NCBI GenBank assembly: GCA_963422305.1
Contig: OY729422.1
Location: forward strand, 4,185,289-4,249,288
Direction: 5' to 3'
DNA length: 64,000 nt
Source: Bryobacterales bacterium
GTDB taxonomy: Bacteria; Acidobacteriota; Terriglobia; Bryobacterales; UBA6623
In this document: positions 54,708 through 64,000 of the stretch, piece after piece
How the letters are laid out: the number at the start of each line of letters is the position of its first letter
How positions within the stretch are numbered: the stretch's first letter is position 1
The notes under the pieces: generated by a model
The model's input: only the letters and a program-made list of their open reading frames with translations
Told to the model about the DNA's origin: nothing
Databases searched by the model: none
Program-made: the position numbers and the translations under genes

Positions 54708-57700
54708 ATGAAACAGACACTACAACTTGCAATGCTCTGCGCACTGACGGCCGGCATGGGCCCTGCCCTAGCGCAGACCGCCGGCGCCATCCAAGGCGCT
54801 GTTAGCGACGACACGGGCGCCGTCATTCCAGGCGCCGCGGTCACTGTGGTCAGTCTGGACACCGGCGCCGAATCCACGACATCGACCAACGAAGTCGGCT
54901 TTTACAGCGTCCCGGCGCTCAATCCGGGATTGTATTCCGTCACTTGCGCATCCGAGGGTTTCTCCACGCAGGAGTTTCCCGAGATCCGCGTAGAGGTCCA
55001 GCAAACCGTCCGCCTCGACTGTTCGATGGCCGTCGGCAGCGTGACCGAGACCGTCGAGGTCAGCGCCGCCGCCATCCTGATCCAGTCGGAAAAGACCGAG
55101 GTCGGCCAAGTCATCGATTCCAAGCGCATTCTCGAAATGCCGCTGAACGGCCGCAATTACCTCGAGCTCGCGAAATTCTCCGTCGGCGTCCTACCCTCCC
55201 GCGAGATGGGCAAAGGCACGCGCCACGACGGCGTGCGCGGCGGCGAGGGCGGCATCCTTGCCGTCGGCATGCACGCCGCGCAGACGAACGTGCTGCTCGA
55301 CGGTGCGGACAACTCGTCCCGCAACTCCGGCGGTGCGCTGGGCTTCCAGGCGCAGGCGACCAAACCCTCCGTCGACGCGGTCGGCGAGTTCAAGGTCGTG
55401 ACCAACAACATGTCAGCCGAATACGGCTATCGCATGGGCGCCAAGGTGCTGGTGAGCACCAAGTCCGGCACGAACGAATTCCACGGCTCGGTTTACGAGT
55501 TCGTTCGCAACGACAAGCTCGACGGCACGAATTTCTTCGCCAACCGGGTCGGCTCCACGAAGCCCACCCTGCGCCGCAATCAGTACGGCGGAACGTTCGG
55601 CGGCCCGATCGTCAAGAGAAAGCTGTTCGGCTTTTTCAGCTTCCAGGGCACCAAAGACCGCGCCGGCCAGAGCTTCACTTCATCGGTTCCCAGCCGCGAG
55701 GCTCTTGGCGGGGATTTTTCCAATCAACCGAACCCCGACCGCGAAATTTACGACCCGTTGACGCTGGAGGGCTCGGGCGCGAACGCAACCCGCCAGGCGT
55801 TCCCCAACTTCCGCATCCCCATGGACCGCTTCGATCCGGTCTCGACGGCACTGTTCGGCAACTATCCCGCGCCGAACATCAGCGGCAAAGAGCATGAGCG
55901 CAACAACTTCTTCTACGCGCCCGCCGACACGATCGACCACAACCAGTACGACATGAAGTTCGACTGGAACATCAACAACAACAACCGCTGGTTCGCGCGC
56001 TATTCGATCCGCGACGAATTCGTCCTGCAGAACGGCAATCTTCCGCTGCCCGCCAACGGCGGCAACGGCCAGACGATCGACCTGCCCGGGCAAAACTGGG
56101 CCTCCGCGCTCAACACGACCCTCGGCGCGACGATGTTCAACGAGTTGCGCTTCGGTTATACGTTTTTCCCGACGCGTTTCGACATTCCCTTCACCGAGCC
56201 CCTGAATGCAAAGTTCGGCGTGCTGGGCGCGCCGGGCGACTCGATCGACGACGGGCTGGATCACGGATACGCGTTGTCCACTCTGAGCGGCTTCACCTCC
56301 GTCGGCCCGCGCGCCTTCTGGCCCAACGTGAACAAGATGGACAACCTTCAGCTTGCCGACAATTTCTCATGGATCAAGGGTAACCACACGTTCAAAGTGG
56401 GCGCCGAGTACCGCAGGACCCAGATACCCCGCTCGCCGTCCCGCTTCCGTCGCGGCCGGTTTCAGTACACCGGCGACTACACGACCGAAAAGCCCAACAA
56501 CGCGGCCAGCCGTGGCGCCACGGGCAACTCCGTCGCTGACGGGCTGCTGGGCTGGAACAAAAACGGCCGTTGGGGCTGGCCGAACGGCGAAGAACAGGTC
56601 ATACCCTACTACGGCTTCTTCTTTCAGGACGACTGGAAGCTTAGCAGCAGGCTGACGCTGAATCTCGGCCTACGCTACGAGCTTTTCCTGACGCCGACGT
56701 TCCCCGACCCCCGCAACCACACACTGAACAGCACCGTCGTGCGCTTTGTCGGGGAAGCCAACGGCCGTCCCATCGAACCCGGCGAGCGCATCCCCATGAA
56801 CCGGGGCGGCTGGGGCGAAGCGGAATACCTGCCGCACTTCCGGACGCCGGAGAGCGGCTCGGACTGCGCTTGCCAGAACGACAAGAACAACTTCGCGCCG
56901 CGCATCGGCATCGCCTACCGCGTCAACGACCGAACCGTCGTTCGAGTCGGAGCGGGCATATTCTACGGCGAGCATGACAACACCGGAGGCGAGGCCGCGC
57001 GCTTCAACACCGGCGCTCCGCAATCGAACGAGTTCGATAACTTGCAGCAGCGCGATTTCAGCACGTTTTTCACGCGGGACGGGTTCCCGGCAGCGACCCG
57101 ATCAGGCCTGCCGAAAGCCGGCTTGAACGTCAACATCAAGACCGAGGACGTTTGGCCGAGCTTCTATGCCGGCCAGTGGTTCTTCGATATCCAACGGGAA
57201 CTGCCGGGCAACGCGCTGTTGACGGTCGGCTACAACGGTTCCTCGACGTCGCAGATTCACGGCGCCATCAACATCAACCGCCCTCTGACGCCGCACCCGA
57301 CGATCCAGTGGGGAAACCGCCGGATCCGGCCTTTCTTCAACTCCGTCGGGTTGCGCGGCGCGGCCTTCCTCAATCAGAACTACAACTCGTTGACGATCAA
57401 GGGCGAGAAGCGCTTCACGGGCGGCTTCACTTTCTTGAGCTCGTTTACTTGGGCGCACAACATCGACGTCGTGAACGAGAATCTGACAACCGGCACAAGC
57501 TCTCAGCAACGCTTCACCTACAATCAGGGGATAGAACGCGGCAACGCCTCGCTCGACCGACGGCTGGCCTATGTGACCAGCGTCGTCTGGGAGTTGCCGT
57601 TCGGCCGCGGCAAGAGCTATCTCAGCCAGGGGCCGGGCGCCTGGATTCTGGGCGGCTGGCAAGTCGGCGGCATCTTCAATTTCCTGGGCGGAACGCCGGA

Positions 57701-58091
57701 CAGCCACACGTTCAACCAGAACACGACCAACGTCGGCGGCGCCAACCGCGGCAACGTGATCGGAGACATCAATCTTCCTCAGTCGCAGCGCACTATCGAC
57801 CGTTGGTACAACACCGATGCGATCGGGCCGGGCGGAGACGGCGTGCTCGACAATGCGGGACGCAACTTGATCTGGGGGCCGGGAACGAAGGCCATCGACT
57901 TCTCGCTGTCGCGTAAGTTCGACCTCCCCTGGGAAGGCGACTACGTCCAATTTCGGTTCGAGTCGTTCAACTTTACCAATACGCCGGTGTTCGGTCGGCC
58001 GAACACATCGATCGGCCGACCGGCGGCCGGGCGCATCGTCACCGCCGGCGAGCCGCGGCGCATTCAATTCGGTCTTAAGTTCATCTTCTAA
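54708..58091 (+). CDS. TonB-dependent receptor with N-terminal carboxypeptidase-regulatory-like domain (paralog of 4608..7988)
   Basis: AAGGGGGG RBS, then ATG 54708 and a signal peptide. GAIQGAVSDDTGAVIPGAAVTVVSLDTG...YSVPALNPGLYSVTCASEGF, and a barrel ending RRIQFGLKFIF. Confidence 0.9.
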   Translation: MKQTLQLAMLCALTAGMGPALAQTAGAIQGAVSDDTGAVIPGAAVTVVSLDTGAESTTSTNEVGFYSVPALNPGLYSVTCASEGFSTQEFPEIRVEVQQTVRLDCSMAVGSVTETVEVSAAAILIQSEKTEVGQVIDSKRILEMPLNGRNYLELAKFSVGVLPSREMGKGTRHDGVRGGEGGILAVGMHAAQTNVLLDGADNSSRNSGGALGFQAQATKPSVDAVGEFKVVTNNMSAEYGYRMGAKVLVSTKSGTNEFHGSVYEFVRNDKLDGTNFFANRVGSTKPTLRRNQYGGTFGGPIVKRKLFGFFSFQGTKDRAGQSFTSSVPSREALGGDFSNQPNPDREIYDPLTLEGSGANATRQAFPNFRIPMDRFDPVSTALFGNYPAPNISGKEHERNNFFYAPADTIDHNQYDMKFDWNINNNNRWFARYSIRDEFVLQNGNLPLPANGGNGQTIDLPGQNWASALNTTLGATMFNELRFGYTFFPTRFDIPFTEPLNAKFGVLGAPGDSIDDGLDHGYALSTLSGFTSVGPRAFWPNVNKMDNLQLADNFSWIKGNHTFKVGAEYRRTQIPRSPSRFRRGRFQYTGDYTTEKPNNAASRGATGNSVADGLLGWNKNGRWGWPNGEEQVIPYYGFFFQDDWKLSSRLTLNLGLRYELFLTPTFPDPRNHTLNSTVVRFVGEANGRPIEPGERIPMNRGGWGEAEYLPHFRTPESGSDCACQNDKNNFAPRIGIAYRVNDRTVVRVGAGIFYGEHDNTGGEAARFNTGAPQSNEFDNLQQRDFSTFFTRDGFPAATRSGLPKAGLNVNIKTEDVWPSFYAGQWFFDIQRELPGNALLTVGYNGSSTSQIHGAININRPLTPHPTIQWGNRRIRPFFNSVGLRGAAFLNQNYNSLTIKGEKRFTGGFTFLSSFTWAHNIDVVNENLTTGTSSQQRFTYNQGIERGNASLDRRLAYVTSVVWELPFGRGKSYLSQGPGAWILGGWQVGGIFNFLGGTPDSHTFNQNTTNVGGANRGNVIGDINLPQSQRTIDRWYNTDAIGPGGDGVLDNAGRNLIWGPGTKAIDFSLSRKFDLPWEGDYVQFRFESFNFTNTPVFGRPNTSIGRPAAGRIVTAGEPRRIQFGLKFIF

Positions 58092-58118
58092 GCCGAGCTT
58101 GAGCAGGCCTTAAATCAC

Positions 58119-58148
58119 GGGCTCTCCCGGCCGGGAGAGCCCGTTTTG
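58119..58148. terminator. Bidirectional intrinsic terminator between convergent genes
   Basis: Perfect 24-nt palindrome gggctctcccgg/ccgggagagccc (58119-58142), extendable by 2 bp, followed by gttttg on the + strand. Confidence 0.6.
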
Positions 58149-58158
58149 TCCCTACCGC

Positions 58159-59142
58159 TTATCGCTCGTTTTGCTCTTGCAACTTACGGAACCGCTTCAG
58201 CGTTTGCCGCGCGTCGTTTTCCCGGCCCATTCGCCGGTAAACCTGCGCCAGCGCCGGAAGAACTTTTGCATTCACCGGCTGCAACTCGACCGTCCGTTCG
58301 AACGACTCCGCAGCCGCCACCCACTCCTCGAGCTTGCGCAGCACCACACCGAGCTCGTAATGGATGGCGGCTTGCGACGGATCCACCGCAGCCGCCCGTT
58401 CCAGCGCCGCTTTTGCTTCTGCGAACAGCCCCAAGTCGTGCAGCAGGCTGCCCAGATGAAAGGCGGGCCAAGGTGATTTCCGGCCTGATTCTTTGTCTAA
58501 CTCGACCGCCCGCCGGTAAGACTCAGCGGCTTCCTTATGACGTCCCATGCCCTCGAAGCACTGACCCAAGCGGTCGTGCGCGGGCGCGAAGCCGGGCGAG
58601 AGCCGGACGACTTCCTCAAGTTGCTCCGCTGCTTGTCCGAACCATTGGTAGAAATAAAAAATTGCCGACAGCGCGAAACGGTAGTCCTTCTCGGTAGGAT
58701 GCTCCTCGACCAACCGCTCCAGCTCGGCCCGCGCCCAGTGGCGGCGCTCGAACATCGAAAAGGCTGTTGCCAGCGCGAAACGGTCGGCCGCGCTCAAAGG
58801 CTCGATGCGGTCGGACTGCTTGAACGCGCGGGAGGCCGTGAACCAGCGCCCGGCCTGAAAGTGCGCGACGGCAAGCGCCCGCAGCAGGCCCGCGTCGCCG
58901 GGCTTGTCTTGCGCGGCGCGGTACAGCGCGGCCTCGGCCGTCCTCCAGTCGCGGGAAGCCGCGGCTTCGGCTACTTCCTTACGGACATCACCGGCGATGT
59001 CGAGACCTCGAACCGACAAATCCAGCGTTTGCGCAGCCGCCACAGCCGCCAAGAGGAGCAGCGCCGCTGCGAGCAGCAACGGCGGCGGCCGCCGCTGCCA
59101 ACGGCTGCGCGCACGGCGCAAAGCTACTCGTCTTCCCCGCAT
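58159..59142 (-). CDS. Tetratricopeptide-repeat protein, secreted
   Basis: Signal peptide plus multiple TPR units (..AEAALYRAAQDKPGDAGLLRALAVAHFQAG.., ..AAESYRRAVELD.., ..AIHYELGVVLRKLEEW..). Confidence 0.75.
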   Translation of the reverse strand: MRGRRVALRRARSRWQRRPPPLLLAAALLLLAAVAAAQTLDLSVRGLDIAGDVRKEVAEAAASRDWRTAEAALYRAAQDKPGDAGLLRALAVAHFQAGRWFTASRAFKQSDRIEPLSAADRFALATAFSMFERRHWARAELERLVEEHPTEKDYRFALSAIFYFYQWFGQAAEQLEEVVRLSPGFAPAHDRLGQCFEGMGRHKEAAESYRRAVELDKESGRKSPWPAFHLGSLLHDLGLFAEAKAALERAAAVDPSQAAIHYELGVVLRKLEEWVAAAESFERTVELQPVNAKVLPALAQVYRRMGRENDARQTLKRFRKLQEQNER

Positions 59143-59834
59143 CCGTCCGTCCTATACCGGTTGATCCGGCGGAGTTTCCCGCAGAGAATCTTGACCATTT
59201 CGTCGTTGCCTTCCGCGCGTTCCAAAAGCAAGAGCGGCTCGTAAGGGGCGACGAACCACGGATCCGCCGCAACCGCCCGGGCGAACGCTCTTCGAGCGCC
59301 CGCGGCATCGTCGAAGGCCAACCTCAAACGTCCCAACTCGAACCAGGCGGAAGCGTATTGCGGGTCGATCTCAACCGCGGTGCGCAGGGAAGCCTCGGCA
59401 GCGTCGATTTCGTTCGCGTAGAGCTTGCGCACGGCGGTTTGAAATTCGCCGCGCGCGGCCGGCGGCGCCGCCAAGTGCGAGACGCTAATCGTCTCGCCCT
59501 GATACTTGCCCGCCCGCCGGAGCGCCAGGGCGGGAATCCCCGCCGCCGCGGGCAAGTTGCGAACCGTCGTCCGCGATGCATGGTAGCCCGCCGCGGAGGC
59601 GATCAACTCACAGTCGCCGCCGGTCTCCTGCACATCAGGGAAGCGAAACCTCCCCTCGCCGTCCGCAATAGTCGAGGAGGCTTCCAATCCGGCGCAATGA
59701 ACCCGAACTTCGACGGGACTGAGGAACGGCATTCCGTCATCGGCAACGACGATGCCGGAGGTTTCTGCCGCCCACGCGGCGCAGACCGTCCAAAACCAAA
59801 CCGCAAACTGCATCCCCAAACGCCGCTGCATCAT
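59124..59834 (-). CDS. Carboxypeptidase-regulatory-like domain plus TPR protein
   Basis: Signal peptide, ..GIVVADDGMPFLSPVEVRVHCAG...EGRFRFPDV.. and a TPR-like C-terminus. Overlaps the downstream TPR gene by 19 nt. Confidence 0.65.
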   Translation of the reverse strand: MMQRRLGMQFAVWFWTVCAAWAAETSGIVVADDGMPFLSPVEVRVHCAGLEASSTIADGEGRFRFPDVQETGGDCELIASAAGYHASRTTVRNLPAAAGIPALALRRAGKYQGETISVSHLAAPPAARGEFQTAVRKLYANEIDAAEASLRTAVEIDPQYASAWFELGRLRLAFDDAAGARRAFARAVAADPWFVAPYEPLLLLERAEGNDEMVKILCGKLRRINRYRTDGCGEDE

Positions 59835-59883
59835 GTCCTATACTTATGGGGCGGTCAGTTCCCTGCCATTGTTGAGACTTCCA

Positions 59884-60912
59884 ATGCCTAATCCGACTAC
59901 ACCAGCAAGCGGACCTGACGGTCAAACACTCTTGTTCTCTCTATCCCCGCACGGACTTGCCCCCCGAAGATACATACAACACGATTCAGCGGAGCCGAAG
60001 TTTGCTTTTAACCGCATCCTGACCGGCGATGCGCGACACCATCTAATGAGTGTACCCGATGCCAGTGTTGACCTAAGCTTTTGGTCGCCCCCTTACTATG
60101 TCGGAAAATCATACGAACGCCATCTGACCTTCGAAGACTGGCAAGAGCTTGTGCGGAATGTAGTCCATTGTCATGCGCGCATTATCAAGCCCGGAGGGTT
60201 TCTAGCGGTAAACATCGGAGACATTTTATGCTTTCCGGATGCATCAATGCCGAAGTTTCAAGCCGACAATGTTCGGAGAAAAAAAATCTCCATCACTAAA
60301 GAAGAAATACTAGCCGTCAAAGAGAAAAACCCTACAGCTAATCGCTACCAAATAGCCGCATTGTTGGGGTGCAGTGAGCAGACTATTCATCGACGCCTTG
60401 AAGATAACAATGTGCGCGGCGGAAAGCAATCTAATTCCACAAAGATCTTACTGACTGGATGCATGTTAGCTGAATGGGCCGAAGAATCTGGATTTTATCT
60501 CTACGATCAACGTATCTGGCATAAGGATCCCTGTTGGGCCAACAGCAGATGGCATTCCAATTCCTATCGCGCTGTAGATGAATTTGAACATATATACGTT
60601 TTTTGGAACCCAGGAATTACCGAATACGATAGGGATCGCTTATGTCCTGGCGATTGGGCGAATTGGGGTTCGAGGGGCGTATGGAATATCCGTTCTGTCA
60701 GTCGCAATAAACGCCACGAAGCGGAATTTCCGGAGGAGTTGGCCGGCAGAGTAATTCGTTTGTTCTCGCCCCTTGGCGGAGTGGTAATCGATCCTTTCGT
60801 CGGCACAGGGACGACGACTAGCGTAGCGAAGCGGCTTGGACGTCAGTGGCTAGGCATAGATATCGAACCTCGGCACGCTAAAATTGCGAAAAGGCGAACG
60901 AATGAAGCATGA
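59884..60912 (+). CDS. Beta-class DNA methyltransferase (N4/N6 family, SPPY motif) with internal HTH-like insertion
   Basis: Motif IV SPPY (nt 60085-60096) precedes motif I DPFVGTGTT near the C-terminus. The insert contains NRYQIAALLGCSEQTIHRRLED (nt 60337-60405). Alternative in-frame starts lie at 59833 and 59752. Confidence 0.8.
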   Translation: MPNPTTPASGPDGQTLLFSLSPHGLAPRRYIQHDSAEPKFAFNRILTGDARHHLMSVPDASVDLSFWSPPYYVGKSYERHLTFEDWQELVRNVVHCHARIIKPGGFLAVNIGDILCFPDASMPKFQADNVRRKKISITKEEILAVKEKNPTANRYQIAALLGCSEQTIHRRLEDNNVRGGKQSNSTKILLTGCMLAEWAEESGFYLYDQRIWHKDPCWANSRWHSNSYRAVDEFEHIYVFWNPGITEYDRDRLCPGDWANWGSRGVWNIRSVSRNKRHEAEFPEELAGRVIRLFSPLGGVVIDPFVGTGTTTSVAKRLGRQWLGIDIEPRHAKIAKRRTNEA

Positions 60913-61561
60913 CGAACTGGAACGATTGGAGCAAACGGCGTTGTCGATGGTGGTGCAGGCTCTGACGGACTACCTACATCAAGCGTCAACAATCTTCCGA
61001 GAAGAATCCGACCTGCCTCAAGACATCGCAGAAGACGTGACACGGGAAGCCATTGAAGCAATGGGACTTCCCGGTCTTCGCGACCGACTCTACGGCAAGG
61101 TCGATGTCAAGAAGGCGATCTATGTCTTCCTGCCGGAAGCTCGCCCGGTGGCGCTAATGCTGGATGCCAAAGCTGAAAAATCGAATGGCGACCGCACAGC
61201 TACTATCCAGATGTCTCAAACGTCAATGACTGTCAGGATGCGCCGACAGGGAAATGCCGTAGAGGAACCAGGAAAGTTGGACCGGGTAATCAAACGCGGC
61301 AGCCGTTCATTTCAGGTCGTCACGGTAATTGCCAAGTTCGTCTATGAAGAAAGTGGTGAGTCGCAAGAACTCAAGCGAATTGTTGTTGCATGTATCCCGA
61401 ACGGAAAGTTGCAGGAAAGGTATAACCCTACTCCGGATGACACCATATGGCTCGCAGGACGGAATGCGCCAACTCTAGGCGAAGATTTTAGAGTTCGACT
61501 CAGTTATCACCGTTTGCGAAACAAGGCTGCATGGAGAGTTCAAGAAATAGAGACGCCATAA
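60902..61561 (+). CDS. Probable type II restriction endonuclease (PD-(D/E)xK-like), family not recognised
   Basis: The start overlaps the methyltransferase stop. A candidate catalytic pattern is D68...D88-A-K90 (..GKVDVKK..ALMLDAKAEK.., nt 61103-61171). It shares the same lower-G+C island. Confidence 0.5.
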   Translation: MKHDELERLEQTALSMVVQALTDYLHQASTIFREESDLPQDIAEDVTREAIEAMGLPGLRDRLYGKVDVKKAIYVFLPEARPVALMLDAKAEKSNGDRTATIQMSQTSMTVRMRRQGNAVEEPGKLDRVIKRGSRSFQVVTVIAKFVYEESGESQELKRIVVACIPNGKLQERYNPTPDDTIWLAGRNAPTLGEDFRVRLSYHRLRNKAAWRVQEIETP

Positions 61562-61727
61562 CTCCCCTCGGCATACGCGTTAAGTCGTCTTTCATCTCAA
61601 CGACATCTGCCATTTGCCAAGCGATGGGGCAGCTGTATCGACGACATCCCAACAATGCGCCGGCACGGTAATTGAAGCATGGATGCAGGCTGACAACTGG
61701 GCTGGCCGCATCTGAAACCATAATACT

Positions 61728-63443
61728 GTGCCGCGAATTTCCGGTATCTGCCTGCCGGCGCTTGCCGGCGCACTCCTCGCGCTGCTCCCGATCGCCGCGG
61801 CGCAGCGCTTCGAAGACGTCACCGCGCAAGCCGGCATCGACTTTCGCCACGACAACTCCAAAACTGCGCGGAAGTATCTCCCCGAAACCATGGGTGGCGG
61901 CGTAGCGGTTCTGGACGCTGACGGCGATGGCTGGCTGGATATTTATTTCGTCAACGCCGCCAAGTTGAGTTTCCCTCACCCCACAGGCGCGGCGCCCGAT
62001 AAATCCGACCCGCGGTTCTGGAACCGGCTTTATCTCAACAATGGCGACGGTACATTCCGTGAAGCCGCCGAGGATTACGGACTGCAAGGCCGCGGCTACG
62101 GCATGGGCGCAGCCGTCGGCGATTACGACAACGACGGCGACCCCGATTTGGTTGTAACCAACGCCGCGACCGGGGAATTGCCGGCGGCGGTTCTCTACCG
62201 CAACGAAGCAGGACGGCGGTTCATCGACGTTACGGCGGCAGCGGACCTGCGCGCTCGGGGCTGGGCGACAAGCGCCGGATTTTTCGACTACGACAACGAC
62301 GGCGATCTGGACTTGTTCATCCTGCGCTACATGCAGTGGCGGTTCGACATCGATTACCGCTGCGGGCTGGAGACAAGCTACGGCCGCGCGTACTGCCACC
62401 CGGATTTATTCGAGCCGCAAACCAATCTCCTTTACCGCAACAACGGCGACGGGACGTTCACCGACGTCAGCAAGACTTCGAGAATCGCCGATCATCCAGG
62501 CAAGAGCTTGGGCGTCGCGTTCGCCGACTACGACGGTGATGGATATCTCGACATCGCCGTCGCCAACGATTCGTTCCCGCAGTTCCTATTCCGCAACCGG
62601 GGGGACGGAGACTTCAGCGAGGAAGCTCTGCTTGCAGGCTCTGCTTACGACGACGACGGAATCGAATTTGCCGGAATGGGGACGGCCTTCGACGATCTCG
62701 ACGACGACGGACGGCCCGACATCATTGCCACCACTCTGTCGCAAGAGCGTTACGCGCTTTTCTACAACGCCGGCGAGGGCGTCTTCGATTACGCCACAGG
62801 CCGGTCGGGACTCGGCGTCGCGACCCAGTTGTTTTCCGGTTGGGGCATCGCCGTCCTTGACGCGGATCTCGACGGATCGAAAGAACTGTTCTTCGCTAAC
62901 GGACACGTGATGGACAACATCGAGCAATCCCAGCCCCACCTTCGCTACCGGCAGCCCCCGCTGCTGTTCCGCCACGAGGACCGCAAGTTCATCGACATCT
63001 CCCGGTCGGCGGGAGACTTGTTCAGTGCCGGTCGAGCCGGCCGCGGCGCAGCGGCTGCCGATTTCGACAATGACGGCCGTGTAGATATAGTCGTCTCAAA
63101 CCTCGACGGTCGGCCATACCTGGCGCGGAATATCACCGAAACCGACAACCGTTGGATCGGCCTGCAACTCACCGGTTGCCGGAGCAATCGAGACGGAATC
63201 GGAACGGTGGTCAAGTTGACCCTAGCCGGCGGCAAGACGCAGTACCGCACGGTTGCCCGCAGCGGAAGCTATCTGTCTTCGCGAGATCCTCGGATATTTT
63301 TCGGATTGGGCGCAAACCCAAAGGAAGTGCGATTGGAACTGCGATGGCCGAGCGGCCGTTCGCGGGAATTGCAAGACCCAGCGCTGGACCGGCTGCACCG
63401 CATAGTCGAAGACCCCGACTGCGAGCGTCTTGGCAGTCCGTGA
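61728..63443 (+). CDS. FG-GAP/VCBS repeat protein with ASPIC/UnbV C-terminal domain (CRTAC1 family)
   Basis: GTG start and signal peptide. Repeated ..DADGDGWLDIYFVN.., ..DYDNDGDPDLVVTN.., ..DYDGDGYLDIAVAN.., ..DFDNDGRVDIVVSN... C-terminal ..GIGTVVKL....RTVARSGSYLSSRDPRIFFGLG... Confidence 0.85.
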   Translation: MPRISGICLPALAGALLALLPIAAAQRFEDVTAQAGIDFRHDNSKTARKYLPETMGGGVAVLDADGDGWLDIYFVNAAKLSFPHPTGAAPDKSDPRFWNRLYLNNGDGTFREAAEDYGLQGRGYGMGAAVGDYDNDGDPDLVVTNAATGELPAAVLYRNEAGRRFIDVTAAADLRARGWATSAGFFDYDNDGDLDLFILRYMQWRFDIDYRCGLETSYGRAYCHPDLFEPQTNLLYRNNGDGTFTDVSKTSRIADHPGKSLGVAFADYDGDGYLDIAVANDSFPQFLFRNRGDGDFSEEALLAGSAYDDDGIEFAGMGTAFDDLDDDGRPDIIATTLSQERYALFYNAGEGVFDYATGRSGLGVATQLFSGWGIAVLDADLDGSKELFFANGHVMDNIEQSQPHLRYRQPPLLFRHEDRKFIDISRSAGDLFSAGRAGRGAAAADFDNDGRVDIVVSNLDGRPYLARNITETDNRWIGLQLTGCRSNRDGIGTVVKLTLAGGKTQYRTVARSGSYLSSRDPRIFFGLGANPKEVRLELRWPSGRSRELQDPALDRLHRIVEDPDCERLGSP

Positions 63444-63607
63444 TGAAAATCTCGTGGGAGGCGCGACGGGCTCCTGCGGTGTCTTGCCGCACCGCGCAGC
63501 GGCGCCGAGTTCCTTTAGCGCCCGTCCGGTATTGCATCGACCCGGGGGATCGTAACGCCGTCCGCATGACTTTCATCACGGGCTGCCCGACCCGGCGCCC
63601 TGAGATC

Positions 63608-64000
63608 TTAAACGACCCGGCCGTCCTTCATCCGCAAGATTCGGTCAGTACAGTACTCCGCGGCTTCTGCATTGTGCGTAATCATGAGCACCGTCTGGCC
63701 TAGTGAACGATTGAGATCTTTCAACGTATCGAGCACCGCGACCGCGTTCTGCGAATCGAGGTTTCCGGTGGGCTCGTCCGCCAACAGAATCCGCGGCTTA
63801 TTGACGATCGCGCGCGCGATGGCGACACGCTGCTGCTCCCCCCCGGAAAGAGCGTACGGCTTGTGGTTCAGCCTGTGCTCCACGCCCAGAATCCCAAGCA
63901 CGTCTTTGAGTCGCTCGTCATCCCCGGCCGTATTCCCCGCGATGTGCCTCGCAATCTCGATGTTCTCGGACGCGCTCAACGTGGGCAGCAAATTGAATTT
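63608..64000 (-). CDS. ABC transporter ATP-binding protein (MacB/LolD/FtsE-like), C-terminal part; 5' end outside window
   Basis: LSGGEQQRVAIARAIVNKPRILLADEPTGNLD and ..VLMITHN.. are present. The frame is open to the window end. Confidence 0.85.
   Translation of the reverse strand, partial: KFNLLPTLSASENIEIARHIAGNTAGDDERLKDVLGILGVEHRLNHKPYALSGGEQQRVAIARAIVNKPRILLADEPTGNLDSQNAVAVLDTLKDLNRSLGQTVLMITHNAEAAEYCTDRILRMKDGRVV

Noticed and set aside
59840-61640. Short direct repeat (atggggc) near both edges of the R-M island as possible insertion-site duplication
   Set aside because: Only about 7 nt match, which is expected by chance at this length.
1-64000. Search for rRNA, tRNA and CRISPR arrays
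   Set aside because: No intergenic region shows tRNA-like conserved arms or rRNA-like sequence. The only tandem repeats (20887-20949, 52951-52984) have 2-3 contiguous units without spacers, so they are not CRISPR arrays. A covariance-model scan (tRNAscan-SE/Infernal) would be needed to be definitive.

Overview
High-G+C bacterial chromosomal segment with about 55 supportable genes. The gene content points to Acidobacteriota (Solibacter/Bryobacter-like), which is an inference from family content only: two roughly 1,130-aa TonB-dependent receptors with N-terminal carboxypeptidase-regulatory-like domains, a VWFA-related 'acidobacterial' domain protein, PSCyt2/PSD1 (DUF1549/DUF1553) and DUF1501 proteins, Cys-type sulfatases, and an FG-GAP/ASPIC-UnbV protein. 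From left to right the window holds: feoB 3' end; class-III aminotransferase with a duplicated 5' end bracketing a DUF29 gene; an operon-like block TBDR-NHL-DUF1549/1553-DUF1501-FGE-like; a sugar-acid module (MFS, GntR, DapA-like, enolase-superfamily dehydratase); Bacillus-type thiF; an arylsulfatase and an MFS transporter; an S41 protease; a cytochrome c maturation (System I) cluster whose CcmE carries CxxxY instead of HxxxY; grpE-dnaJ; a decayed, lower-G+C island with an ISAzo13-type transposase fragment; a BON+VWA protein; an ECF sigma/anti-sigma/unknown triad; a second sulfatase; an aa3-type cytochrome oxidase operon; DUF2891; a beta-propeller protein; a HemN-like radical SAM + halogenase-like flavoprotein + FAH trio; a crotonase; the second TBDR; TPR proteins; a lower-G+C island with a type II restriction-modification candidate; a CRTAC1-like protein; and a partial ABC ATPase. 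I found no rRNA, tRNA or CRISPR array. The best candidates for undescribed biology are: (i) the TBDR-NHL-PSCyt2/PSD1-DUF1501-FGE-like operon, (ii) the variant ccm cluster with two extra coupled genes, (iii) the radical SAM/halogenase-like pair, (iv) the R-M island whose methyltransferase has an internal HTH insertion, and (v) the decayed low-G+C island of unknown ORFs. All family assignments come from motif recognition by eye. No searches were run.
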